Below, piece by piece: positions 11,689 to 23,700 of a stretch of 64,000 nucleotides of DNA. Below the pieces are notes generated by a model that was given only the letters and a program-made list of their open reading frames with translations, had not been told where the DNA came from and searched no databases. A program made the translations under genes and the position numbers. Position 1 is the first letter of the stretch. Each line of letters begins with the position of its first letter. Source of the stretch: Macrostomum lignano (taxonomy: Eukaryota); NCBI GenBank assembly GCA_002269645.1, contig NIVC01000363.1:124001-188000 (forward strand). The letters are read 5' to 3'.

Positions 11689-14600
11689 ATGGCTAACAAA
11701 GATACAGGCGCTGATGAGGAGCTTGACAGATTTATGCAAACATTTGACTTTGAAAGTCATTGGAAACATCTGGAAGAAACGTTTGGCACTTCGGCTCAGG
11801 TAAAGCAAGAGGCTGGCACAGATGAAGCTGCAGGTATCTCTAAAGAGGCTGAGAAGTCGCAAGAGGTGTCCACGAAAGCTTCTGAGCCGCAATTGAAAGT
11901 CGAGCCTGTTGAACCCGCTGCAGGCTCACCAGATGATGACAGTCAGTTTGTCCGCACAAAGACTAGGCCGACTTTGCAGGCTAGCAAATCTTTTAATAGG
12001 ACGAAGCGTGATGATACTACAACTATAACAAAGACATTGGCTAATAATAACCCAACAAAGACTGTACTACTTGCTGACGAGCCTTCGAATATTTCTAAAT
12101 TGCCAGCAGCTGTGCCGTCTGCGTCTCCGAAGCCTTCTCAGCAGAGTGCTTGCTTGCCAAAATCGAGAAAGCGAAAGTCATCTGGGTGAGTTTGATAAAC
12201 CATCGTAAACCATCATAAACCATCGCAAACCATCATAAACCGTCATAAATCATCATAAACCGTCATAAACCATCGTAAACGATCATAAATCATCATAAAC
12301 CATCATAAACCATCGTAAACCATCATAAACCGTCATGAACCATCATAAACCATCATAAATCATCATAAATCATCGTATACCATCGTAAACTATCATGAAC
12401 CATCATAAACCATCATAAATCATCATAAATCATCATAAACCATCATAAACCATCTTAAACCATCATAAACCGCCATAAACCATCGTAAACCATCATAAAC
12501 CATCGTAAACCATCATAAATCATCATAAACCATAAACAATCATAAACCATCATTAACCATCATAAACCATCATAAACCATCGTAAACCGTCGTAAACCAT
12601 CATAAACCATCGTAAACCATCGTAAACCATCATAAACCATCGTAAACCATCATAAACCGCCATAAACCATCGTAAACCATCATAAACCATCGTAAACCAT
12701 CGTAAACCATCATAAACCGCCATAAACCATCGTAAACCATCATAAACCATCGTAAACCATCGTAAACCATCGTAAACCATCATAAACCGTCGTAAACCAT
12801 CGTAAACCCGAGCCATTTAGGGGGACGTACATGGAAGTGTACACGCCTGACTGAAGCCTGACTGTGATTTTGTAGTCGAATGGTTAGAGCATCGGACTCA
12901 CCACTTGGAAGTCGGGGGTTCGATTCCCGATCCCACTGGAACAATCTGTGTCCTTGGGCAAGACACTTAACTCTGCATTGCTTCAGTTCACCCAGCTGTA
13001 AAATGGGTGCCAGCATTAGCTGGGGTAATTGAGGCTGTGTGTGGCGACCCCCCTCCAAGTCAGAAATAGCTGCGGCTGAGCTGTCGGTTGCACATGGGCA
13101 GGTGTAATCAATTATTATTATTTGTAATTCTAGAACTCCGCAGACTGCAGCATCTGCTAGCTCTCAATCTGGCACTTCCGGCGCCACTTCCGCAGCCGAG
13201 ATTCCAACCGAGAGGCAGGCAATGTACCAGCGGCGAAACATCAAATTTCAGCATCCGTTTCCTAAAAAATCTGTCCTCACTTTATCGGAGAGTCAGCAAT
13301 TCAGCCGTCTGATGTCCATGCGTTGGCGATATGCCATCGCTATTGCCGAGATAACTGAGACTGACAAAACTACGCATACTACTGCTACTGATGGTGCGGC
13401 CAGTAGTAGTGCCACTATAAATGAAAAACGCACGCTTGGACCAAATGTTATCGAGGCAGATTTGGAAATTTATCGGGTGAGAGTGGCGTGTTTGCACTTT
13501 TACTGTGTGCGATCAGTTAAAATTGTGTGGATACAGATATGGCCGATCTTTCACTTTGTGCCCCTCTATACCTTCTCTGTAGCTGGCGCCCCGTCTGTAG
13601 CTGGCGCCCACATCTGTAGCTTGCGCCCACATCTGTTCTGTAGCTGGAGCCCCTCTGTTCTGTAGCTGGCGCCCCCTCTGTAGCTGGCGCCCCCCTCTGT
13701 TCTGTAGCTGGCGCCCCTCTGTTCTGTAGCTGGCGCCCCCTCTGTAGCTGGCGCCCCCCTCTGTTCTGTAGCTGGCGCCCCTCTGTTCTGTAGCTGGCGC
13801 CCCCTCTGTAGCTGGCGCCCCCTCTGTAGCTGGCGCCCCCCTCTGTAGCTGGCGCCCGCTCTGTAGCTGGCGCCCCTCTCTGTAGCTGGCGCCCCCCTCT
13901 GTAGCTGCTCCCCCTTTCTACTTCTATATACAGTATTTTTAGCATTTAGATTTAGCCCACTACTTAAACTTAAAAGGCCCACCAACGATTCTGCAAAGCA
14001 TTATTGGAACTCAATTGCTATTCTTTGAAATCCGAAAATAATTAAAATCTCCCACACATTTAAACACTGCAGCTCCTGTCGCCCAAAGTGCGAAAAGAGC
14101 AAGCGCTGTTTCAAAAGTACGCAGAAGAGGCTCACAAGCACTTTCCAAATTTCACAACGTGCGTTCTGCCGGATGAGGACAAGGCTTATTTTAATGTAAG
14201 TCGTCTGTCTTGAACAGATTTACAGAAATTTCCCTCGTGCTGGCGAACCTGGTGCTAAAGCCTCTGGTGCTAAAGCCCCTGGTGCTAAATCCCCTGGTGC
14301 TAAAGCCCCTGGTGCTAAAGCCCCTGGTGCTAAAGCCCCTGGTGCTAAATCCCCTGGTGCTAAAGCCCCTGGTGCTAAAGCCCCTTGGTGCTAAAGCTCC
14401 TGGTGCTAAAGCCCCTGGTGCTAAAGCCCCTGGTGCTAAAGCCCCTTGGTGCTAAATCCCCTGGTGCTAAAGCCCCTGGTGCTAAAGCCCCTTGGTGCTA
14501 AAGCTCCTGGTGCTAAAGCCCCTGGTGCTAAAGCCCCTGGTGCTAAAGCCCCTTGGTGCTAAAGCTCCTGGTGCTAAAGCCCCTTGGTGCTAAAGCTCCT

Positions 14601-17600
14601 GGTGCTAAAGCCCCTTGGTGCTAAAGCTCCTGGTGCTAAAGCTCCTGGTGCTAAAGCCCCTGGTGCTAAAGCCCCTGGTGCTAAAGCTCCTGGTGCTAAA
14701 GCCCCTGGTGCTGGCGCCCCCTGCTTTTATTCTGTCAGCATCAGTTAAGGGTAGTTTTGCTGTTGCTGAGTGCAAATGGGTGCCGACTTAATTTTGTTGA
14801 TCATAGCTTGACCTCATCTTGAATATTTCAGTGTCTGCAGCGCACCCTCAGCCACCACAGAAGCCGCTATCCAGACTACTACAGAACCCTAGACAGCGTG
14901 TCCATGGTGCCCAGGCAGAACGGCGATATCGACTGCTGGGCCACCACCAGCGATGAGGCCGTGAAATTGAATATTAAACTGGAGCAAGTGGTGGCTCGAA
15001 GGGTAAGTTTTATTGTTGTTAAGAAGTTAAGCAGATACGGTCGCGGTTAGTAAACAGACTCGATTCTAAATCAACGCCCTTGAGGGCCAACCTCCAAGGC
15101 ACAGTGAAGTGTACATGCCTATGGATAAATAGAGTCAGGAGGGCCGCTGTGGTTCTGGCCATTGGCCAAGCCATATAAAATGCCGTATACAGCTATAACG
15201 AAGTCTACATTTTTGCAGGGCCATCGAATGCTGCTGAATCCTCATCAGATCAGCCAGTCAAACTGTCCCAGCATCACTATTGGCGTCGAACATTTGGCTG
15301 ACAATTTCCCAAATAAGACAGCTGACAACTCTGGCTACCAGCTGCATTGGAAACCGTGTCCTATCAGTGAGGACGATTTTGCTAAGAAGCTGGCCAGACG
15401 GCACGATTGCCACCTGGTGCTGAGCTGCGCCACTCTGAAGCGCATGCTGCTTGATAGAGTCTGCGAGGCTGGCTGGGAGATGCCCGCCCTGATGGAGGAG
15501 CCGCATGACAAATTTGATGCTGGCAATGGGCAGTGGCTGCTCTGCATTGACAGCACACTGCCGCACTTTAATGCGGCTGGGGTGTCTGCAGCTGACATAC
15601 AGGCTAAGCTGGCTCAGATGAGGGCTAGGCTCAAGTTTACTAAAGCTAATAAAAGTCAAAAGCAGATTAAGAAGCAGCAACAGGAGCAGCCGGCGGAGAA
15701 GAGGCAGAAAATCAGTCCGGAGGCTGAGGACACTGATAATCTGGCTCTGCTGGAAACTTTTGGCACCGCTGTGGGTGACTGCGATGGGTAGGTAGCGCTT
15801 CACAGACTGGACACTTCACAGACTGGACACTTTACAGACTGGACACTTCACTAACTGGACACTTCACAGACTGGACACTTCACAGACTGGACACTTCACA
15901 GACTGGACACTTCACTAACTGGACACTTCACAGACTGGACACTTCACAGACTGGACACTTTACAGACTGGACACTTCACTAACTGGACACTTCACAGACT
16001 GGACACTTCACAGACTGGACACTTTACAGACTGGACACTTCACTAACTGGACACTTCACAGACTGGACACTTCACAGACTGGACACTTTACAGACTGGAC
16101 ACTTCACTAACTGGACACTTCACAGACTGGACACTTCACAGACTGGACACTTCACAGACTGGACACTTCACAAACAACAGACAATTCAAAAACCATAGAC
16201 ACTTCACAAACCATAGACACCTCACAAACCATAGACACTTCACAAACAACAGACAATTCAAAAACCATAGACACTTCACAAACCATAGACACCTCACAAA
16301 CCATAGACACTTCACAAACCATAGACACCTCACAAACCATAGACACCTCACAAACCATAGACACCTCACAAACCATAGACACTTCACAAGCCATAGACAC
16401 TTCACAAACCATAGACACTTCACAAACCATAGAAAATTCACGAACCATAGACAATTGACAAACCATAGACAATTGACAAACCATAGACAATTGACAAACC
16501 ATAGACAATTGACAAACCATAGACAATTGACAAACCATAGACAATTGACAAACCAGACAATTCACAAACCATAGACACTTCACAAACCATAGACACCTCA
16601 CAAACCATAGACACTTCACAAACCATAGACAATTGACAAACCATAGACAATTGACAAACCATAGACAATTGACAAACCATAGACAATTGACAAACCATAG
16701 ACAATTGACAAACCATAGACAATTGACAAACCATAGACAATTGACAAACCATAGACAATTGACAAACCATAGACAATTGACAAACCAGACAATTCACAAA
16801 CCATAGACAATTCACAAACCATAGACACTTCACAAACCATAGACACCTCACAAACCATAGACACTTCACAAACCATAGACAATTGACAAACCAGACACTT
16901 CACAAACCATAGACACCTCACAAACCATAGACACTTCACAAACCATAGACAATTGACAAACCAGACACTTCACAAACCATAGACAATTGACAAACCATAG
17001 ACAATTGACAAACCATAGACAATTGACAAACCATAGACAATTGACAAACCATAGACAATTGACAAACCATAGACAATTGACAAACCAGACAATTCACAAA
17101 CCATAGAAAATTCACAAACCATAGACACTTCACAAACCATAGACAATTCACAAACCATAGACACCTCACAAACCATAGACACTTCACAAACCATAGACAA
17201 TTGACAAACCAGACACTTCACAAACCATAGACAATTCACAAACCATAGACACTTCACAAACCATAGACAATTGACAAACCAGACAATTCACAAACCATAG
17301 ACACTTCACAAACCATAGACAATTGACAAACCAGACAATTCACAAACCATAGACAATTGACAAAACATAGACAATTGACAAACCATAGACAATTGACAAA
17401 CCATAGACAATTGACAAACCAGACAATTCACAAACCATAGAAAATTCACAAACCATAGACACTTCACAAACCATAGACACTTTACAAACCATAGACACTT
17501 CACAAACCATAGACACTTCACAAACCATAGACACCTCACAAACCATAGACACTTCACAAACCATAGACACTTCACAAACCATAGACACTTCACAAACCAT

Positions 17601-19221
17601 AGACACTTCACAAACCATAGACACTTCACAAACCATAGACAATTCACAAACCATAGACACTTCACAAACCATAGACACTTCACAAACCATAGACACTTCA
17701 CAAACCATAGACAATTCACAAACCATAGACACTTCACAAACCATAGACAATTCACAAACCATAGACAATTCACAAACCATAGACAATTCACAAACCATAG
17801 ACACTTCACAAACCATAGACAATTCACAAAACCATAGAAAATCCACGAACCATAGACACTTCACAAGCCATGACACATGACACTTCACAAACCATAGACA
17901 CTTCACAAACCATAGACACTTCACAAAACCAGACACTCAGTCAGTCGCAAGTTCGAGAATTTCACTATCAGGACACCTCACTTCAAACATGTATAATATA
18001 ATATTATATGTAACAAACCTCTGTTTCTCTAAATGCAGCAACGCCACTGATTCATCGAATGACGAAGATGCTGGCCCTGAGACTTCATCAGCTGCCACCG
18101 CAGCAGCAGTAACAGCAGCAGCAAGCGGCCCAGCTCTGATCTACAGCGTATTGCAGATCGGTCGCCATCGACTGCTAGTTCGGTCTCGCCGACCCTTTAT
18201 CCTGCCGCATCAGACTGCTAAACGACTGTTCGATTCGGTAGGTCGCGGGTTCGCGCCCCGTCCGTCGGCAGCTAGTCGGCACGCCAAATATTGTCAATCA
18301 GCAACGCCCTGCCATCTGCGCGTCCAGCTGGAGCGCCAGCCCTACTTCGGCTGCGAGACGCCTTCGCCGCTGCAATCCTGTCGGGATTGGCTGGCTTGCC
18401 TAGCAACCGGCGGCGACACCCCGTTGCTAAGGACTCGATGCAACGTATTCGACGGCCGAGTTCTGCTGTACGAGTTTCTATCGCCGGACGATTTAGCAGA
18501 GGAGGCGGCCGGCTCCGGCCTGCTGTCCGGCGGGCTGGTGGCCTTCAACACGCTGGCCAACGCCATCGAACGGCTGCGAGTGACCGTCGGTGGCTTCCCC
18601 GCCGGCGTCCGCCTGCTGCTCCGCCGGTCACCTGGCGACCCGGCCTGCCGCCTGATGCTGTCCGAGGCATCCTGCCGCGAGCACCTGCTGTCCATGCCGC
18701 CCAACCCGCCGTCGGCTTCGGCCCTGCCGCCGCCAGATTGGCGACCCATCGACACGGTGCTGCTCAGCCATCCGCACTGGCGCGACCGGCGAGTGCCGGC
18801 CCTGTTCGATCCCAGAATTGTCGATGAGGTTGATAAACAGGGCATCCGGTTCGGGTCGAGAGACTCGTCTGAGTTGAAGCTCGACCAGCAGCGGCAGCAG
18901 AGCGAGTTCTCTTGGAGTTACCCAGATCGGGGTCGAGGCGCCGGCAGGGGCAGTCATCGTGGGCGAGGCGGTCGGCGAGGTGGTCGAAGAGGCGGCGGCG
19001 GCGGCGGCGGAGAGGGCGGCGGCCCCCGGGCCAGGAATCCGGAGTCGAAAAAGTCGCAGAAAGCCGCTCGATGGATGGAAAGAAATCGGCAAAAGTTTTC
19101 TGGCGGCGGGAGCCAGCAGCGGGTAGCCGGTGCCGGTTCGTCGGCTTCGTCTGCCGCTGCTGCCGCCGGCCCAAAATGGGTTCGGGCCTCTTCGCCATCA
19201 GCTGGTGGAGGGGGTGAATGA
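11689..19221 (+). CDS. ICE2: Little elongation complex subunit 2 (ICE2/NARG2)
   Basis: Exons ~11689-12185 (start codon uncertain; 11641/11683 also possible), 13134-13476, 14073-14195, 14832-15002, 15219-15787, 18039-19221, all phase-consistent. Motifs recalled from ICE2: ISEDDFAKKLARRHDCHLVLS..WEMP..IDSTLP, and the NARG2_C domain LIYSVLQIGRHRLLVRS..LERQPYFGCE..WRPIDTVLLSHPHWRDRRVPALFDP. Confidence 0.85.
12194..12806. repeat. 10-bp minisatellite (CATCATAAAC/CATCGTAAAC), ICE2 intron 1
   Basis: Direct inspection; the array starts about 8 nt after the GT donor. Confidence 0.97.
12865..13122 (+). mobile_element. tRNA-derived CORE-type SINE, copy 2 (most complete head)
   Basis: A-box TAGTCGAATGG (12873-12883), B-box GGTTCGATTCC (12917-12927). 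Central GTGTCCTTGGGCAAGACACTTAACTC..TCAGTTCACCCAGCTGTAAAATGGG resembles the MIR/CORE-SINE core. (ATT)n tail. Confidence 0.85.
13576..13912. repeat. 18-23-bp minisatellite (TGTAGCTGGCGCCCCCTC[TGTTC]), ICE2 intron 2
   Basis: Direct inspection. Confidence 0.95.
14236..14722. repeat. 15-16-bp minisatellite (TGGTGCTAAAGCCCC), ICE2 intron 3; reverse complement of the 890-1670 family
   Basis: Direct inspection; ends with CCTGGTGCTGGCGCCCCCTGCTTT. Confidence 0.95.
15798..17935. repeat. Compound minisatellite: 16-bp TTCACAGACTGGACAC, then 18-bp ACAAACCATAGACACTTC/ACAAACCATAGACAATTG; ICE2 intron 5
   Basis: Direct inspection; the unit switches at ~16170. Confidence 0.97.
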
Positions 19222-19431
19222 ATCAACGATGAGACGGCCGATCTGTTTAGGCATGTTGTTTAAATTCAGCTTGATTTATTATTATTTTTCATCCCGACTG
19301 ACGCCTTGAGTCATGAAAGAAGTTTTTAGTAATCTTTACTTAAGCAAAGATAAACTTTCTTGATAAATTAATAAATGGACAAAAAATGAAATGGCGCCTT
19401 GAAAAAATCAGTTAGAAAAATTTCCATTGAA

Positions 19432-19772
19432 AAACGTCACTCTCGAAAAATCGCCCCTTAAAAATCATGCTGAGAAAATCGCCTGTCAAAAATGATCATT
19501 CTCAGAAAATCGCCTGTCAAAAATCATCATTCTCAGAAAATCGCCTGTCAAAAATCATAATTCTCAGAAAATCGCCTGTCAAAAATCATCATTCTCGGAA
19601 AAATCGCCCATCAAAAATCATCATGCTCAGAAAAATCGCCCATCAAAAATCATAATTCTCAGAAAAATCGCCCGTCAAAGATCATAAATCTCAAAAAATC
19701 GCCCGTCAAAAATCATAATTCTCAGAAAAATTGCCCGTCAAAAATCATAATTCTCAGAAAATCGCCCATCAA
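19432..19772. repeat. ~31-bp minisatellite (AAAATCGCCTGTCAAAAATCATCATTCTCAG) downstream of ICE2
   Basis: Direct inspection: about 10 degenerate units. Confidence 0.9.
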
Positions 19773-20763
19773 AATCGCTTCTGTTGCTTCGAGAATAGCT
19801 CTATTTTCAATTTATTTTTCATACAGTTTCTGTTCTAGTTTAAACGATTAATATTTTTGTCTCAACTTGAAAGAATGAAAAAAAATGATCTCTTTTCGGT
19901 GACATTGTTTGAGTCTTTTTCTACTGCTGAGCCACGGTTCGTAATCAAAACAACTGCTGGATGTTCTATATTTTGTGTTTATTTTAAGTACTAAAATTAT
20001 GTAAGAGTAATAATATGTTTTGGTCGTCCATATAAATATGGAAAATTGGAATTTTAAATTTAAAGTGTTTTAAAATCTCTCACTCGTAGTTTGACTTTGA
20101 TTTTTAAGTTTTACGCTCGTAACTTTTCGAATAGCGAATATCTAATTTTTAGCTGCAGTTAAACAAACAATAATGATCTTAACATGGACTTTGAAGATTT
20201 GGAGGGCTGTGGGGCACCCTTGCGCAACACGTGATCCCTGAGGCAATTCTGCCCATTCGGCTGACTCGCTTCTGAGCACATACTGTGCACAAGACACGCA
20301 GGCCCTCCTCGCCGTCTTCGTTGTGAATCGCACGCACCACTGAGCTGCTTTCTGTACTCAAGGCCAAGCTTCCAAATTGTAATTGCATATGGGTATGGGA
20401 AATCGAGTTTAAAGATAATGTCGAAGATTTAGTTCAACAGAAGAAGCCGTAACGTCTGCTTTTAGAAGTGAATTTATCTGTTGCATGGAGACCTAGAGAA
20501 CCGTCAGCTGAACCGGCAGGCCCCATGCTGGTCAGAATCTCTTTGTAAGATGGTAATGCGATCAGTCATTAACGATCGAGATGAAGAGTAGAAAACATCG
20601 ATCTGCTCGCTATAAAGCTAAGTCCTGCCCCCGATGTCGGAGCAAATTTGCTTTTGGTCTCGAGTTGAGCAAATTGCATTTTGGATGGACTGGAGTCTTC
20701 TGTCTGAGTATATTAGGCTAGGCAACACAGCCAAGCACCGAAACACGTCCATTAGGTACAGAT

Positions 20764-23700
20764 ATGCAGCTCCTGAGGACTCTGCTGGTATTGCTGCTGT
20801 TGCAACAGCGAAGCCTTAGCAGGGCTCTGGCCTGCCAATACCGCAACGGGCACATCTACGAGTGCTTGCACGCTGGTTTAGTTCATCTAGCTGCTGAGAT
20901 TGAACTACCAGCAACTGCCGAACGGCTGGCCGCTCTGGACAGGCTGGACGTGTCGTATAACAGAGGCCTGGCTAGCCTGGATGTGGCTTTCCTAGCCAGC
21001 TCGTTTCCTCGGGTACGAAGACTTGACGCTGTGCACTGCGGTTTGACAAACTTTGACGTCTCAACTGCGGGCTTGCAGTGGTCTGCTCTGACTGAGCTGC
21101 GACTCTCCGGGAATCGCTTTGAGCTCATTGGCACTGGATGGTTCACCTGGGCTGCTGGGCTCACGGATTTGCGGCTGGATGGCAATCGGATTCGAAGCCT
21201 GACAACCGTTGATGATGCGGCGGCAGGCGGCATCGGACGGAGGTGCTGCCAGAGTTTGACCCGGCTTGACCTGGGCGCCAACCTGCTGGAGCGGCTGTCG
21301 GCTGAGGCATTCTGGGGTAAAGAGTCGTACATGCATGGCTGCATATTGATTGAAGGCTGTAATACAGTTGTCGGATAACTTTTCACACCGAAGGCCAGTA
21401 TAGAGAATCCAGTGTATAACTGCGGGCTAGATGAGAGGAGAGAAGAGAGCTAAGGAGAGCTTGCCGGATTTCTATTGTGAGGTTTTAAAGGACTTTGCTG
21501 ACCCCTGCTGTAAAAGGATACAAAACGAGTCCCAAGACAATTTGACAGCCAAAGTTAAAACCGTTAAGCTCTGCAGGGCCTCACTCTTGTGGACAACACC
21601 CGTTCGAAGCTCTCTTTAACTTATAGCGGGAATGCACATGCCCACGCGAACGTTATTCGCTTCGGATTATTGCTACTCTTCAGTAGTAGGCGATGTCCTA
21701 TACTGTGATAGCAATTCGATCGTGTACTTACTACACTACACGAGCCATGCTTCATCAGGCTTAATCTGTACTGCATTCAGTAAGAACTGTCAGGACAGGA
21801 TTTTGATGGGTTTCAGCCTTTCGGCCCCCTTGTGGGGAAGCCTCAGGTCTCAGAAATAAATCAATTAGAGTCCTGGCCCCCCACTCCTGTCAGATGGTCA
21901 GCCCCATGGTAGCTTGATCATGTGGCGAGCAGTCTAGGTCCTATAGCTAAGAGAGGGACAGCGAGAGACAAGCAAGGAGAATTTTGAAGGTAGAAATTAG
22001 TTAATCCGCAGATTAGCTAGCTCGCTGCCACCAGCCCGTACGTCCTGGCTCACCAAACCGGAACTTTCGAAATCGGGCTTCCGACTAGAAGGGGCTTTGC
22101 ACTTACCTGCCAACTAGTGTCTTTTTGCTGTCAATCTCGAAGTCATAGCCGATGATAAGGGACACTGCTGGGACTTGATCGCATTGGCCATGCAGGTACA
22201 GAGGGGACTTGTGCAGGGGATTCTTGCAGTGGCGAGACTATGGGGTAGCTACATGTACTATTACATTGCTAAATACGAAGAATTGTACTTTTGGCCTTCA
22301 ACGCGCCAACCAGCCTCTCCTAGCGCTGATGATAGGCTAACTCGAACATCAGAGACCGCATGATTCATCACCCGAGCCGCTTGGCTAACCTAGAGTGCAC
22401 AGAGTACATCTCTGGCGCCGATTCTGCACTACTGGCAGTTTCGCTCACTGATTTGATAGATTGATCGACTGAGAACTGCCTTGTCATCGGTCTACTATGA
22501 CCGGCGCCTACTAGCTTAGCCGCTAATCTGAGCCATCGGCGAACAAAGAAATAAAACCGATAAAAATATCTATCAGATTTCACCTTCTCCTTGAATCACT
22601 TCACACCTCAGATTAAATTGGAGCTTCAGACTACTAGCAGTATTATTGAATGATTTCTGCCTCAGTAACAGAACTACTGAACAAAATGAGCAAAAGTGTG
22701 CACCTAATCCTAACTGAAACAGGGGACAGATAGGGAATCACCCAATCAAGCAAGTCTAGGTAGCCTCTCACCCAACCAATCAGAAACTCATCAGCCTGAG
22801 ACCAGGTAATCCACAGTGACCGAATCGGCTTAGTGCTTCGCAGCTGTAGACTCGGGATGATGCTGATGTCACAACCTTCGCAGATAGCTAGCAGGTGATG
22901 CTCTTCACTTTGATGTTCACTGCTGATGACCGGGGGAATTCGTCCTTGATGATGATGGGGGAGTCGCAATCCGGGGATCAAGAAACGACGGTCGGGCCAA
23001 TGAGAGAGCAAGCTCCTGGCCGGTCTCCCCAAAGGGTTGCAAAGTTAGTCCGAGCGGGCCAAAAACTCCGGTTTAAATAGCCGCCAACTGGACCGCAGTT
23101 TGTTAAATTGGAACACGTCGATTCTGATTGGCTGAGCCGATTTGTTAAAATGAGCGTCGAATTTTCTGATTGGCTGAGCTTGTTGCCACCCAAAGTCACG
23201 TGACCGGGAGATCCTATCAGTTCCCTCGGGGTCGTAAAAATATGACCGGTGCGGCCATAAATCAATCAAAATCGCAACAAAATGATTTATTACTTTTCGC
23301 GTAGGAATGACAAAAATTAATGAAAAAATATACATTAAAAAGCTCTTATTAAGCAGAAAGTGAAGATAATGAAAAGAAATCGCTAATCGCTAATCCCAAC
23401 GTACTTTTAGGGGTAAAACGCATAGCTGTCAAAGCTGTCACACGCTTGAGTGAACCCGAAAAATAGGCCCTGAACTCATAAATCTTGATGGCCTGTCAAA
23501 ATGATGAGAAAAAAGCTACCGCCCGCATCCTCTCAGACCATCTGGCGCCAGTCTCAACACTGAGTTTGCTGTCAGACCAGCTCAAAAGCAATGATTTATG
23601 ACCCCAAAGGTAGCAAAAAACCGCGCCTATGTTATTATAACTACAAGTCTGGCAGATTCATATAGCTACAGAAGTCCTACTAGTATGAATTCTAGAAAAA

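Noticed and set aside
12871-12940. tRNA gene
   Set aside because: A and B boxes are present but continue into a CORE-like body and tail shared by three copies, so this is a SINE head; no complete cloverleaf is evident.
22320-22950. Hammerhead ribozyme in the LTR (CTGATGA at ~22326 and ~22925; minus strand ~22795)
   Set aside because: By eye, no stem II followed by GAAA and no flanking stems; an Infernal search would be decisive.
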